From the NCBI RefSeq assembly GCF_009914755.1, contig NC_060937.1: a stretch of DNA of 64,000 nucleotides. One strand, written 5' to 3'. How positions within the stretch are numbered: position 1 is the first letter of the stretch; the number at the start of each line of letters is the position of its first letter. The position numbers were made by a program, and so were the translations under genes. The stretch is from the human T2T-CHM13v2.0 reference genome, Homo sapiens. The notes under the pieces are model-generated. The model ran no database searches, was not told the origin of the DNA, and saw nothing but the letters and a program-made list of their open reading frames with translations. Of this stretch, positions 1 through 14,975 are shown one piece after another.

Positions 1-863
1 GTCTCTAAAAAGAGTTGTTTAATGAAAAATAAAAATAAAAAGTAGTAACTGACCAAATATTCTTAACTAAAGGTTAGGACACAATTATGCCTTGTAAGTA
101 AAAATGGTTTTGGCAACAGTGATAGATGGAGACCAAAGAGAGGAAAATAAATGAAAATTAAGTGAGTAAGTGCTTCAAAACACTAATTGATCTTAGGCTA
201 CCTCATCCTGCTGGTATAGAAAAGAATATAGAAAGTTATTGTTTTCTGTTTTTATGACAAATGCCGAAATAAATAATTAAGCAAATACTTCTTATTTTGG
301 AGAAGTACCTACTATGCTTTACTTGATGCTTCAATAATGCATAGTAATAAAAATATTTTAAAGCTTAATACCAAATAAATACACATATCATCACAGTACA
401 TGCTGGTATGCTTTAATGAGGAAAAAAAAACAAAAAACTTACATTTTCTTCTATTACCTAAATCAACCTTAACTCTCCTACTTAAACAGCATATCTCAAA
501 AACTAACTACAAGGGAAAAATGTTAATAAGTTGTTAAAGAGTAGGATTCTGAGATTTTTTTTTAAAAACTCCTATTGGGTATATAAAGTTGCTTCAGCTA
601 TAAACATTTTAAAGTGTGTTCACTGTGAAAAGAGCTCTATTTCTTGGGTTTATAACATAAAAATTACAGAAATAGTGTGTCTGTAGGGAGAGAAGGGCAT
701 ACCTACTTTTCTCCAATATAATAAACACAGGAGGATATAGAAGCCAGAGGAGTACTTCTGTCAACTTAAGTTCCTTAAATCTTTATTTCATTTATATCCT
801 TCCAGATGGACCAATAATGTGTTGACAATATATGTGTCCAAATAAAAATGAGAAAACATAAGA

Positions 864-928
864 GCGCCACTGCACTCCAGCCTGGGAGAGAGCAAGACTC
901 CGCCTCAAAAAAAAAAAAAAAAAAAAAA
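864..928 (+). mobile_element. Alu 3' terminal fragment with pure poly(A)
   Basis: GCGCCACTGCACTCCAGCCTGGG...GACTCCGCCTC followed by ~22 A. Confidence 0.85.
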
Positions 929-1295
929 GGAAAATAACGTAGTACCACGCCATGTACCACTTTATTCCTTTACTGGTTCAGTAAACACATGCTGAGCCCC
1001 TACTCTGGGCCAGCAATGGGATACAACAAGGATTCCAGCAATGCTCACAGCCTAGGAAGAGAACCAGAAAGCTACGCAAGGGCAGAGCTGGAGAGGGACC
1101 AGATTGTAGAATTTTAAACAAGGAAATGATACAAGCAGCTGAAGAATACATGAGTGGAGCAGACCACGCCAGCAGAAAGAATGGTGTCAGGGGAAGGGTT
1201 TGTACTGTGGGCGACTCAGTGGATGACAGTAGCTGCTGAATAAACATTAGTTTCCTTTTTCCTTTTCCTGTACGGGTATTTCTTGAAAAACTTAC

Positions 1296-1348
1296 CTTTC
1301 TGCACGAATCACACCACTGTAGTAAGGGGGGTCCCAGGGCATTACTTC
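1296..1348 (-). CDS. MIPEP: MIPEP coding exon 10 (gene continues beyond the left edge; the M3-peptidase HEXXH motif is outside the window)
   Basis: TAG|GAA...AG|GTAAGT; 53 nt; EVMPWDPPYYSGVIRAER; cumulative CDS 1106 nt in frame. Confidence 0.95.
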
Positions 1349-3389
1349 CTACAATGGAATAATTCACTGTTAAGGAAAGCTACTGACTCTTTCATAGTTT
1401 TTATCAGCAACGTGGCCAGCCTATAGAATGTAAACCAGCTACTGTTCATGTAAATCAGAACAATTTTATAGAATCCCTTAAAAAATTGATAGCTTGGCAG
1501 AAAATACCTGGCTCCTTATTTTGACTTCCCTGTAATCAAGGGATAGTGAAGTATAACTAAGACCTACCCCAGAATCTGGGGAAAAGACAAACAAATGTCA
1601 TTCTGAAGTGGTATCTAACAAAAGTAAACATTAACGAATTATATTAGCCATAATGAAATTTTTCCCAAAATGTAACCCATGTATTAATCCATAAAACACA
1701 CTGTAGGTAAGATGAGTGTACTAAAGGTAAGATTAAGGTTCTTTCTAAATCTAAGCAAGAAGCTTTGGGTAGATATCAAAAATGAAAGCAGCAATTTAAA
1801 ATGTAACCAAGGCAGAATTAACTCTAATCTTGGCAAAGAAAATATGTCATAAAGAAGTACTATAGTACTAGTTGCTTTTGATGATTGGCACATAATACTG
1901 AAAGAAGGGAAAGCTTGAATACTTGAATGACTGTCCTTCCTTCTAGGTGTCCAGGTGGACAAAAGAGTGGTTAAGAGACCAGGCTGTGAAGACAGACTGC
2001 CTGGGCTCAAGTTTCCAATCCATACCAGACTATAAACTGCATGATGACAGGGACTTTGTTTGCATCCTTCCCTATTACATTCCTGTCCCCTGAACAGTAC
2101 CTGGCCCAGGGTAGTCACTCAGTAAATATTTGTTGAAAGAATCAACAGTACCTCCCAAAGAAGACTGCTGAATGTACTTAAACTATTAAGTAGAATATCT
2201 GGCATTGAGTAAGGGCTCAACAAATGTTGGCTACTCTCCTTATTACCATTATCCTTTAACATTTCAGTTTAGGCATAATCTCCTCCAATAACAAGGTGTT
2301 ATTTCCCATATTCCATGGTAATACTTATATCATGGGATGCATGACAACCTAAGATACTTGTCGGCTTATTTTCTTTCTCCTCATGAGTGCCTGAAGGGCA
2401 GGGACTGCGTCCATGGAACCCTAGCCCCACAGTGTTCTGGTCCTGGCACACATTTTCTCTAACAGATGATTATTTGCTATCTGCTAGATGCAGACAGAGT
2501 GCAGGCTGTAATCAGACAAAAACAAGAGGATGATAGCCTAGGCAGTAGAAGGGCAAGTGACTCAACAATCAGAGGACAGTATGTCATGTCTACATTGTGC
2601 CATGTAAAACACAGCCCACAAGAAGAGTATTTAAATCACAGCGGAAGGTTAGGAAATGTTCTCAAGAAGGCAAAGCCTGAATTGAGTTTTATGATAGAAG
2701 CAGTTAATCCAGATGAGAAAGGGAGAAAGGCATTCCTGTAGGTGGTGTTTGTAAATGACTGGAAGCTGCTCACCATGCCATATTTATGTGGCCGGCACGT
2801 AAATATTAATTCAAATTAAAGAATCAAAGAAAGCAAAGCAAGGAAAGAAAGCAAAACTAAGTGAATAGAGATCACATGAGCGTCACACAGGTATTAGGAG
2901 AGAGCAAAGAACACAGCCTCAGCTTGGAGGGGCAGCAGAAGATGAAGCTAGAGAAGGAGGCAAGGGCCAAATCATGAGGGCTTGGCGGGAGCAGCAGGGC
3001 AGTAGGAAGGGAAACTGGAGAATAACCAGGAGCTACTGAAGAATTTTAAACAACAGAGTGACAAGATCAGATCTGCTTTTTAGACAAATCCCTCTGGTGG
3101 CAATTCATTCATTCATTCATTATTCATTCATAGTTCAAATAAGTGTTGACAACCAATTCTATGCCTAACACTGGGCTAAATACATGGCTAAACTGTCTGA
3201 ATCCAAGACGGCTTCGAGTGGAGCAAAAACAAAAGGCTAGAAACCAGTTAGCCAATCCCAGTTACCATCTGGGTGAGAATAATGATCCCAACCCAGGCTA
3301 TGGCAATGGGCACAGGAGAAGACACAAGAGTTCACAGGGAGGGAGAATCTGCAGGACCTAACAAATGATTATGGGGGAGGGGAGTGTGC

Positions 3390-3544
3390 AGTGCCTGGGG
3401 TGCTTGTTGAAACACAGATTGTGGAGCTCACCCCAGTTTTTGATTCAGTGGGTCTGAGGTGGGGCTCAAGAATTGGCATTTCTAACAGGTTCCCATGTGA
3501 TGCTACTGCTTCTGGTCCAGGAACCACACTTTGAGAACCACTGG
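3390..3544. mobile_element. MER5A-like hAT-Charlie MITE
   Basis: GGTGGGGCTCAAGAATTGGCATTTCTAACAGGTTCCC...ACCACACTTTGAGAACCACTG. Confidence 0.8.
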
Positions 3545-4735
3545 TCTGGATTAAGTATAGGTCCTGACCAGAGCAGCAGGGTGAATGGTGGCACCATTCA
3601 CCAAAGCAGGGACTTCATGAGGAGATTGGGCATTTCACAAATATCTGCAGAATAATTGTATCCATAAGCTATATACAAATATCTACAGATAACAGTTTAA
3701 AGTCATATTCACTTTTACTGAATTAGCTTTTGGCAACACATTTTGTTTTTTATTTTTCTGTTTCTATAGTCACCAAACTAAATTCTTACCTATTATCTGG
3801 TTTCCCAAATAAGCCTACCTACCAGGTCAAGGTGTGCAGATGACTGTGCAGATGACTACCAGTAGTTACTTTGCTAGACACAGCTCCTTCCATAAATTAA
3901 CAGACTGACATGCTACTCTACACATCGCTGAGTTTAATGGGATTAATCTGTTTCCTAGTGGCTGTATCTGGGAAGCTAGTAAACAGTTTGTAAATCTGCA
4001 AGGCCCATTTCCCTAAATCTTCCTTATGACTATGGCTCTGGCAGCAGCAACTAAGTCAAGAATTAATAACAGCATTTGGAAAAGAATGGTGTAGACAACC
4101 CCGGCAATCCTGTAGTGCCCTAGAACCAAATGGGAATGAGTCCTAATATCTGGACTCTCGACACTTTTCAGGGCACTCCCCCAATCACCTGGGCAGCATT
4201 CTGGCCATAACAATACTTGTCTATACTCTTGGATCACATAAGGAAGATCATATAATCATATGATTGAAAACAACACTTAAGTGTTTTTAGAATGTGGTAT
4301 ACTTTGTTAGTCAAATACTCAATTGGGCACCATAAATTAGCTAACAAATAAGCAAATGAACTGCAACATTAACACTGATGGTTAAAATTGCCACCTGCCA
4401 GATGAAGCCTCCACTGAGTCTCCTTAAAGTCTGCTTCAAACTGAGAAGCCAACATTCCACAGAATGAAAGCAGTCTTTGCATGAATATATACACATTGTG
4501 TTAGTGTATATACATAAAATATGTTGACTCCTCAACAAAAATGCTGTATGTACAGGCAACATCAGTTTGGGACATAAGAATCAAATATTTCAACATCTTT
4601 ATTCACCAAAACCGAGGATCAGAAACAAGACTAAATGGACCTGTAGCCTATCACAAGAAAGTTCCTGAATCAAAAGATATTGATTTCAGTTGACAGACTG
4701 TCTATATTATAATAAAAATATTCCAACATACTTAC

Positions 4736-4796
4736 GGAATTTTGAGGATTCAGTTTCATTTTCATCCCTTGTATCATCTCAAAATCTTTCAGAGTT
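4736..4796 (-). CDS. MIPEP: MIPEP coding exon 9
   Basis: ATAG|A...TCC|GTAAGT; 61 nt; TLKDFEMIQGMKMKLNPQNS. Confidence 0.95.
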
Positions 4797-5773
4797 CTAT
4801 AAAACAGGTTTATCATTACTTGTTAGGACAAAATTTTAACAATTACATTATGAAAGGACTAGTTTGCTTATGTTACATTCCAATATTCATAAGATTAGAT
4901 ACAATTAGTAGTGCACACATAAATCACTATTAATCCAAATTTTACCTAAGTGTCATGAGAAATAACAATATATAAAGCAGCATATTACTGCAATTTCTAC
5001 CTTAAAAAGCATCATGGTGGATAAATGTCTCAAGAGTACTAAAGCTTGGAAAAATTAGCAATGTCATTACAAATATGCAAAGCATTAATCACCAACTTTA
5101 AATCACTACTTTTTGCTATACCTTTAAAAGAGACTTAACAAATTAACTCCTAGAAAGGAATTTTATCATTGGCTACATTTAAGATTTCTAGTCATTTTTC
5201 CCCTATGGAAAAACTCTAGCTGGTCAATAATTAAATAGGTATTTAATATTTGTAGAATATGACATGTATATTGGAATTAATTCCTATATATACCTGTAAA
5301 ATGATGAAGCTATGCTTGCTCTAAAATCTATAGCTATGTAGAGAAAGACTACTAACACTTAACTAAGTAAAGCAGGATAAATCCTCAATAAGTGCATAAC
5401 TAACCCTCTTTCTTTATTGTATCAAAGACACAGTGGTTCACCAGGATCATTAAAAGAAAATTTTAGAATTTATAAACATAATCCAAACTAGAGAAGAATG
5501 AGTTCTAAGGCATGAGTTTATAGTCCAAAACAGAAATGTGAGCCAAGATCCAATGTGTTCGTGTAGCCAAAACAGGCAAACAAAATTTTAGACAGCATTA
5601 CAAGAGAAAAAGAGAAAACATCATCCTTTTTTACAAACGGTGACTGCTTCTTCCTAGAATCCTTAGTACCTAAAGGTGTGCTGCCTCTCAACTAAGGCCT
5701 AGAAGAGGGCCAGTGAAGGGCAAGTGTATGATCGAAGGCACTGAGCAGGGGAGGGGCAGAGGAGGCAGGAATA

Positions 5774-6101
5774 CAGGTTGAGCCTCCCTAATCTGAAAAT
5801 CTGAAACTTTCTCAGCACTGACATGATGGTACAAGTGGAAAATTCCACATGTGATGTCATGTGATAGGTTGCAGCCAAAACTTTGTTTCAGGCACAAAAT
5901 TATTAAAAACACTGTATAAAATTATCTTCAGGCTATGTGTATAAGGTGTATATGAAACATAAATGAATTTCGTGTTTAGACTTGGGTCCCATCCCCAAGA
6001 TATCTCATTATGTATATGCAAATATTCCAAATTCCCCCCAAAAAATGAAATCCAAAACATGTGTGGTCCCAAGCATTTCAGATAAGGGACACTCAACTTG
6101 T
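5774..6101. mobile_element. Tigger4/MER46-like DNA transposon
   Basis: Termini CAGGTTGAGC...CTCAACTTG; internal GACTTGGGTCCCATCCCCAAGATATCTCATTATG. Confidence 0.8.
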
Positions 6102-6574
6102 TATAAGAAACGGACACACCAAAGGCAGTAGAACACTTCAGCTTGAAATTACAAATGTTGAGATAGAACATCCTTAAAATACTACACAAAATTAAAAAGA
6201 CACCACATCCATGAGCCTCCTGTATTTAGGCCAAAAGAAGAGAAATACTACTTTATGAACTTGTCATAAAATTCATGGTACAAGTTAAAATAAATAGTTT
6301 CAAAAACATTTTGGTAAAGATTTTTAAAGTGCAAATGAAAGATGAATTTCTAAAAACAATTGTTTAATGAAAGGGGACAGCTTATGTTTTCAAGAATGGC
6401 ACATAAGGAAGACAACTATGGCCTTTTAAAGTATGTCTCATAGTGAGACAGGTCTGGTCCAATATGCCAAAACTTATATTCTAGGTCACTTCCTAATTTT
6501 TTATAAATCAAGTCTTCTTTAAAAAGACTAAATAACATATAACCAAAAAACTAAATAGTAGAATAAAAACTAAC

Positions 6575-6623
6575 CTTTCAGAAAGTTTGTCAGATAGTTT
6601 TTCAAGGAACTGCATGACAGTCT
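6575..6623 (-). CDS. MIPEP: MIPEP coding exon 8
   Basis: TTTTAG|AG...AG|GTTAGT; 49 nt; ETVMQFLEKLSDKLSER. Confidence 0.95.
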
Positions 6624-6890
6624 CTAAAACGAAATCCAAAAGAAAATATCTTCAATTATGTGAAATAAAATGAACATATCTGTTAAAATTATTATGTGAT
6701 GATCATAATCTATATCCCACAATTCCCTTAAAGTGATGATTTTCAAAGGGAAGTAGAGCTACCAACATATACCAAACATATAGTAAATGCTTCTAGGTGA
6801 TGACGATCTTTTAATCAGAAAAAAATTAAATTGGCATACTAATAATCCACAGCGTCAGATTCTATCCCAAAATTAAAAGAGTTAATGGGA

Positions 6891-7187
6891 CCAGGTGGCT
6901 CATGCCTGTAATCCTAGTACTTTGGGAGGCTGAGGGCGGGGGGTGGATCACCTGAGGTCAGGAGTTCAAGACCAGCAAGGCCAACAGGCTGAAACCCCGT
7001 CTCTACCAAAAATACAAAAATTAGCCGGGCGTGGTGGTGCATGCCTATAGTCCCAGCTACTTGGGAGGCTAAGGCAGGAGAATAGCTTGAACCCAGGAGG
7101 TGGAGACTATAGTGAGCCCAGACTGTGCCACTGTACTCCAGCCTGGGCAAGAAAGTGAGACTCCATCTCAAAAAAAAAAAAAAAAAA
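6891..7187 (+). mobile_element. AluS
   Basis: Dimeric Alu with poly(A); TSD AGTTAATGGGA. Confidence 0.95.
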
Positions 7188-8100
7188 GTTAATGGGAGGC
7201 TAAAGAAAAAAGTACAAAATTTCAAGGTGTTTCTATCTATTCATATGTGTAAGAAAAAAAAGTTCTGAGACATGTCTGACGTTTTCAGAGTTTTAAAGAG
7301 ATATCTAGACTGCTTTGTTCATAAAAATAGGTGCAGTGTAGAAGTATAATTCCCTGAAATAAATTTTTTAAGATCAATGTTTTTCTTGATAACAATTTTA
7401 TTGTTATATACAACTGTAGAATAATCTATTCAGGATAAATATGAAAAAAATAGCAAAATAAGAAAAATATTAACTTCTGATAGAATTTTTAAAGTATTTT
7501 TATTAAAATACTTCTGCCATAGTTGTCATAATTTACAAACCCATAAAGGCAGTGCAGTAGAATTATCACCGTTTCCCACAAGAGGAAATGTTTTGCAAGT
7601 ATTTCTGAATGTAGCACTTTTTATCACTGACTTATGTGTACAGAGCTTTCATATGTATTTTAGTTCACCACAAACACTATGTTTGTATTTTCCAGATAAT
7701 CTTTTATACAGTTTTAAGTTTCCTGCCCTCTCTTCAATTTAAGTTATCTCCTTTTGAGTGAAATAAAAGACTAAGGAAATAAATAATGGTGGTTAACCTA
7801 AACCCAAACCATGAGGTTTCTTGCCACTGTCAATACTTAACAAGTCCTGTGTATACGAATTCTGAAAACACTGGCTCATGTGCCATATGAAACAACAATA
7901 GGAATTTTTGGGGAACAAATACATTATTTAGTCAACAATGAAATCTCATTTTAGGATTATATTCCAGGTACCATACCAAACTGTTTTCAAATGAATCCCT
8001 ATGTATGCTTGTATACGTTTTATTTCTTAATAACCGTGTTTTAACATTCACCCATCTTATTCTTCCAGTCATTTTACATGTGAAGAATCTGCCTCAATTA

Positions 8101-8400
8101 ATCTTTTTTTTTTTTTTGAGACGGAGTCTTGCTCTGTCGCCCAGGCTGGAGTGCAGAAGTCCCATCTCGGCTCACTGCAACCTCTGCCTCCCAGGGTTCA
8201 ATCGATTCTCCTGTCTCAGCTTCCTGAGTAGCTGGGATTACAGGCACCCGCCACTGCGCCCAATTAATTTTTGTATTTTTAGTAGAGATGGGGTTTCACC
8301 ATGTTGGCCAGGCTGGTCTTGAACTCCTGACCTCAAGTGATCTGCCTGCCTCAGCCTCCCAAAGTGCTGAGATTACAGGCATGAGACACCACACCTGGCC
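8101..8400 (-). mobile_element. AluS (Sz/Sx-like)
   Basis: Full Alu on minus strand; TSD TGCCTCAATTA. Confidence 0.95.
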
Positions 8401-8899
8401 TGCCTCAATTAGTGCCCCCAGAGAATTGTCATATTAAGATTCAGTTTGAAACCCCCCACTAAGTGCCTCACCGCAGTTACCTCCTCATTCACTGGCCACA
8501 TGAATGCCCGCCTTAGCCTCAGTCAGCCTCTCTGTCTTCCTTCTGCTCTGCTGAGGACTCACTCCATCACTGTGCATGACAGTTTCATTTCCCTCAGGGC
8601 GCCTTCCACAGCCACAGATGCATCTGACAAATGCCCCGAGCTCCTAAATCCCATGGCATTGTTTTGTCTGTACTACTCCATCGACACCGAAAACGTGCCA
8701 ACCTCTATTATTATTTATCTTTTTATATGCATATATCCAGCTCCTCAACTAAGCTTTAAATCCTCAAGGACCCAGAGCACATCTTATGCGATGATGTGCA
8801 CAACAGCCCCCTGCCAATACATCAGCACACCAAGCACTTAGTGCACAAGGGTGACCTGCCAGTCACGGAATCTGGAGCTGGGTGCTGCAGGTCCAGTGA

Positions 8900-10128
8900 G
8901 CTCCACGCTGCTACAGCCAGTGGTCATGCCCAGCCCTCCTCACATCTGACCTGGCCACAGCATGAGTCAGCTGATCTCTCCCCTCTCCTGTAGACAGACC
9001 TTCTGCGCGGCCTCCAGGACCACACCCTGTAATCACTTTCCACCTCCCTTAGTGGCCGTTACATCTGGCAGCGTTAACTAGCAGTTCCTCACATGCCTGG
9101 CCTCTTAAACTTGAAGGCCCCAGAGCGCAGTCCTTGGACTTGTTCTTTAAGTTCACTCTCTTAGTGGTATCAGAATCTCATTTTAGAGGTTCAGACTTAC
9201 ATATGAAGCTCAGAACTCCACACTCCATCTAACTGCCTACCCAACTTCACCACTTGAACCTCATTTGGTATCTCAAACTTAACTTGAAACAAACCAAGTT
9301 TCCGGTCCTCCCAATCTTAGTTAACAGTAGTAACTCACTCTCTTTCTAGTTGCTTAGGTCGAAAATGTTGGCTCCCTCTTCCAAATACTCTGTACCCAGA
9401 ATCTGATCACATCTTACCACCTTCCCTGCTACCACCTGGTCAAGATGCCAACACTTCTCATCATGGTTACTGCAAAACAGCATCTAAACAGGCCCTCTTC
9501 TACCCTGGCCCTGCTGCAGTCTTCTCTCAGGAACAGCAGCACTGACTCACCATTAGCACTGGAGTCAGATCATCTCACTCCTCTGCCCCAACCCCCACAG
9601 TGACCTGCTGCACTTGCATCAAGTCTCTACTTAATGCCGCCCCTTGTCAGTCTGTTCCCACCTCTCGCCACTCTCCTTGCACACGCTGCGCTTCAGCCAC
9701 TCTGCCCTCCTCAAACGTGGCAGGCATTTTTCTGCCTCAAGACCTTAGCACTTGATAGTGACTCTGCGTGAAACCTTTCTCCCCTCAAGAGCCACAGCCT
9801 CATGCTTGTGTCTGTCAAGAGCACGCTCACATTCCACATTCTAAGTGAGCCCTCCGACAATGCTCTCTAAAACTCCAACACCAGCCTACATGCCCACATA
9901 CCTTATCCCCTTCCCTGTTCAGTTTTCTCCACGGCTTGTATTAACTAATAACATACCACATACTTTATCTACTTATTTCGTTCTTTACTGTTCTTCCCTT
10001 GCTCCCAAGAATGTAAACTGCATAAGGATAGGAATTTTCTTCTGCTTTGTACACTGACTTATTTCCCTGACCGAGAATAATATCTGACATACAGTGGGCA
10101 ATCAGTAAATATTTGCTGAATTAATAAA
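8900..10128 (+). mobile_element. L2 (L2a-like) 3' region
   Basis: Typical L2 motifs (ACTGGAGTCAGATCATCTCACTCCTCTG, AATGTAAACTGCATAAGG) ending CAGTAAATATTTGCTGAATTAATAAA. Confidence 0.7.
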
Positions 10129-11676
10129 CAAAAGGGGGATGTAGATGATATAAAACATAGGGCATTAGGTCTCAAGCAGCCTGTGGAAAACCATAAATGT
10201 AGCATATGTGTTTAGGCTTCAGTTCTGCCACATTTTAGCAATATAACCTAACCTTAGATTCCTTATCTGTGACATGAATACAAATACCTACCTCACAAAG
10301 CTGCAGAGGAAGGAAATGAGATAACAACAGGATAAGCACTGAATGATATTCTAATATTATTATTTTATATAAATATAAAAAAAAATATGGTACTATTATA
10401 ATCAAACTGTTGACAACAGCGACTACAGAAAAACATACTTTTCACCAAACTGATACTTACAAAAAAAGAAAAAACATACACTAAAAACACACATTTAATA
10501 CATAACATACATATTATATCTGTTTAGGAGCTTCGATTATATGAAAAAAATTGTAAGTGTTTTAAGGGTTCGGGGACAAAGGAGTCCAAGGAAAGTGAAA
10601 AAGTTTAACCAGCTTCATGAAAGAGGTGGGTTTTGAGCTGAGCACTAAAAAAACAGGGTAAGATTTTAACAGGCAGACCAGGAAGAAAAGCTGCTCTCCA
10701 TAGGAGAGTGACACGAGCAAGGGAACCCAGGCCGCAATGAGCGTGACACGCGTGTAGCTTAACCGAGAGCCTTGACAGGTCAAGGGAAACAGTTGTTTAC
10801 GAAAGAGTAAGAAGTAAGATTGAGTGCATTTAGAGAACTTTGGAGAAGAGAGGAACATGCTAGGGTGAGAAGGGATAAGCACAGAAGGAATAAAGACAAG
10901 CGAGGATTCAGGTTGTGATCTGCCCCCAGTGTCCCCTCTGTCGGTGAGTGGAATGTCTAACCAGATGTACAACCAGAAACCCAGGGGGCCCACCACAATG
11001 CCTCCTCCTCCCTCTCACCCTCACTAAGTCTTGCAACTTCACTGCCAAGACCTTGAGTCTCACGCAGCTCCATCATCATGGCCACCCTACTCCTGACTCA
11101 CCACCTAAATTACAACTGTAAGTTAATAAATGCTTTTGAAAAAACGTATTATGTACATTTATATTATTATTGTGTAACATTTTCTCTTAGACATTATGAA
11201 TCATAAGGAACTCAACATAGCACAAGGCAAGTTTATGACAAACCCAACGACACACTTCCGTAACACCTCACCTAGCACAAACCTTCCTAAGCAGTACTCT
11301 TCTCTCTGAAAAGGAGGCTTATCTGACTGTGTGTTTTTTATATGACCTAACCTACATTTAACCTTGACCTCAGTAAACATACTGATCTTTCATTCTCTTA
11401 CACTAATTCTAACGAATTTGTCAAATTCAGCACAGAAACTGGGTTAAAATGAAAACAATTTAGACTAACATCAAAATGAAAATTTAGGTTATGATTTTAC
11501 TCTCAACATTCACATAAAATAAAATTCTTTGGTTGGACAGAATTATGCCAAATTATTAGCTCTATTTAAAAATGGTTCCTATAAAAATACATAGAAAATC
11601 TCAATAAATGGTTCTCTACATGTATTAAAAATAGAACACTAATTTACAGCTATTTAAAATCAAAAGCTCAGTTTCA

Positions 11677-11877
<201 letters not shown>

Positions 11878-12384
11878 CTACGTTTAAAAAGTAAATGGTG
11901 AAGGCTATAAATATCATCACACAGTCCTATGCAATAATAACACAGGCTCATGCTCACCACTTGATCTGCAGATGATCACTGCTTTCAAAATAAAGCAATG
12001 GTCTACACGAGGCCATAAAGCTTCCAGAGTCATAAAATAGCATGGGATGCAACAGCATACTTGACTGCAGCTCTAGGGTACTGTTCTGAGGTACGGTGGG
12101 GCAAACCTCTACCCAGTGCGTGGATCTCTATGCTATAAAGCGTCTTAACCAGGAGAAGTAAGGCTGCATGAATTTAAAAGTCTCTGTAGTCTAGAATGTC
12201 AGTTAATGGTGTTATTAATCATACTTTAAAAATAAGGAGTCTTGTATGAAATATAAGTAATTAAATCATTTTCATTCCTTAAAGTGTTTATGGCATTAAT
12301 AATTCCACAAGTTAAATTTTTAGGGCTTAGTAATGCTAAAAAGTTTTTAAGGATACTATTATATTATCACTGAATTTTGGGTTA

Positions 12385-12666
<282 letters not shown>

Positions 12667-12917
12667 TTAATATTTCACAATTTAATAAACAAAATATAAA
12701 TATGTCAAATCAACATATATATTGTTGAATTATCACTTAATAAAATATTAGTTTAGTAAAATGAATATATTGTTACTATATTATAAATAATATATTAATT
12801 TTACTTTTAACAGATATTTAATATTCTAACAAAAAGATCATACTTACGGTTTTCTGATGTTTCTATGTTTTAAGATTTACATAACTTCTAGTTCTATTTT
12901 ATGTCTAGGTTATATAA

Positions 12918-13260
<343 letters not shown>

Positions 13261-13322
13261 TTATTTGCAAAAGTGTAGTGAGCCTCCAGAAGGGGGAAGC
13301 ACATTTTAAAAGTTCTGATTTT

Positions 13323-13469
13323 GGGTGTGGTAGCACACGCCTGCAGTCCCAGCCCTATGTGGGGCTGAGGCAGCAGGATCACTTGAGCCCAGGAGGTAAG
13401 GCTTCAGTGAGCTACGATCACACCACTGCAACCTGGGCAACAAAGCGAGACCCTGTCTCAGGGGGGAAT
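13323..13469 (+). mobile_element. Alu right-arm monomer (FRAM/AluJ-like)
   Basis: Right arm only, flanked by TSD AAAGTTCTGATTTTG. Confidence 0.8.
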
Positions 13470-13797
13470 AAAGTTCTGATTTTGCATGTGCTTGAGCTGC
13501 TACAGAATGATACAGTGAAGTCTAAGGAGCAGACTGGAACCCCAGGGCATGGTCCTTTCTTCTACTCTGTGTCCCTGCCATGTGGCACATGGTCCTTGCT
13601 CCTGCCAGGCCTTCAAATGGTCAGTGATGAGGACGTGGATGGTGCGGACACATCTGCTTAGGTTTAATCTTGCAGTCATATCTTTGTAATACACAATAAC
13701 CTGAGAAAACGTGTATTAGCAAAGGGGTTGCCATAAATGCTCTAAGATTAAATATAAACTAGAAACCACATAATTAGGCTGACTGGAGGAGAAGGGC

Positions 13798-13936
13798 TGA
13801 ATTTTCAGTTATTGGCTACTCAAAAACTAGACAGGCTCTGCAGATGAATTTTCAGTTATTGGTTACTCAAAAACTAGACAGGCTCTGCATATGAATTTTC
13901 AGTTACTGGTTACCAAAAAACTAGACAGGCTCCGCA
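13798..13936. repeat. 47-bp minisatellite, 3 copies
   Basis: TGAATTTTCAGTTATTGGCTACTCAAAAACTAGACAGGCTCTGCAGA units start at 13798, 13845 and 13892. Confidence 0.95.
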
Positions 13937-14603
13937 CTGGGCTCATGTTGGGCTTCAGGTGAAAGTGTACACAAATCTTTCTGGGAGAGGAGATAGCAAT
14001 TAACAAGTTCTAAACTGTTCTATGCTCCTAAAAAATGATTAAGCCACAATACTAATATACTTTTTAAAGATAAACATAGATGATGTAGAGGCATGCTTGA
14101 TAAGATGCTGAAAAAATTGAGTATATATCAATATCCCCAGAATTTCAATATAGAAAATTCAAATTTCATGGAAAAAAGTTTTAGGAGACTCCCATTTCCT
14201 TACAGTCCAGATTTCTCTTTATTTTGTTTGATATGGCCATTTATCACCACCTAATGGTAACAAGTGGAATAACAAAAAAGATGAACAAGATTTTGAAATC
14301 ACATTACAGTTCCAAAATTGTCTTCAAAACTTTTACTTTGAAAAAAAAAATGTGATAAAATTAACTACTTTGAAGATTTTATCTACTGATAAAACCTCTG
14401 GAAAAATCAAAACTGAGTTCATGCCAACTTCAATGATCTGCCAGGCATATCACTTCATCATTCTGTGGTAACAATGAAATGTACAATAATCTGAACTCTT
14501 GAAAAATTCTATGAAATTTCTGTGTTATTAAATAATGTTAAAAATAAACATTTCTATTACATTTAAACTTATAAGTTATATTTGTATGAGACCTTAAAAA
14601 TTA

Positions 14604-14975
<372 letters not shown>

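Noticed and set aside
13798-13936. 47-bp repeats as a CRISPR-like array
   Set aside because: Units are contiguous with no unique spacers, the context is a human intron, and there are no cas genes
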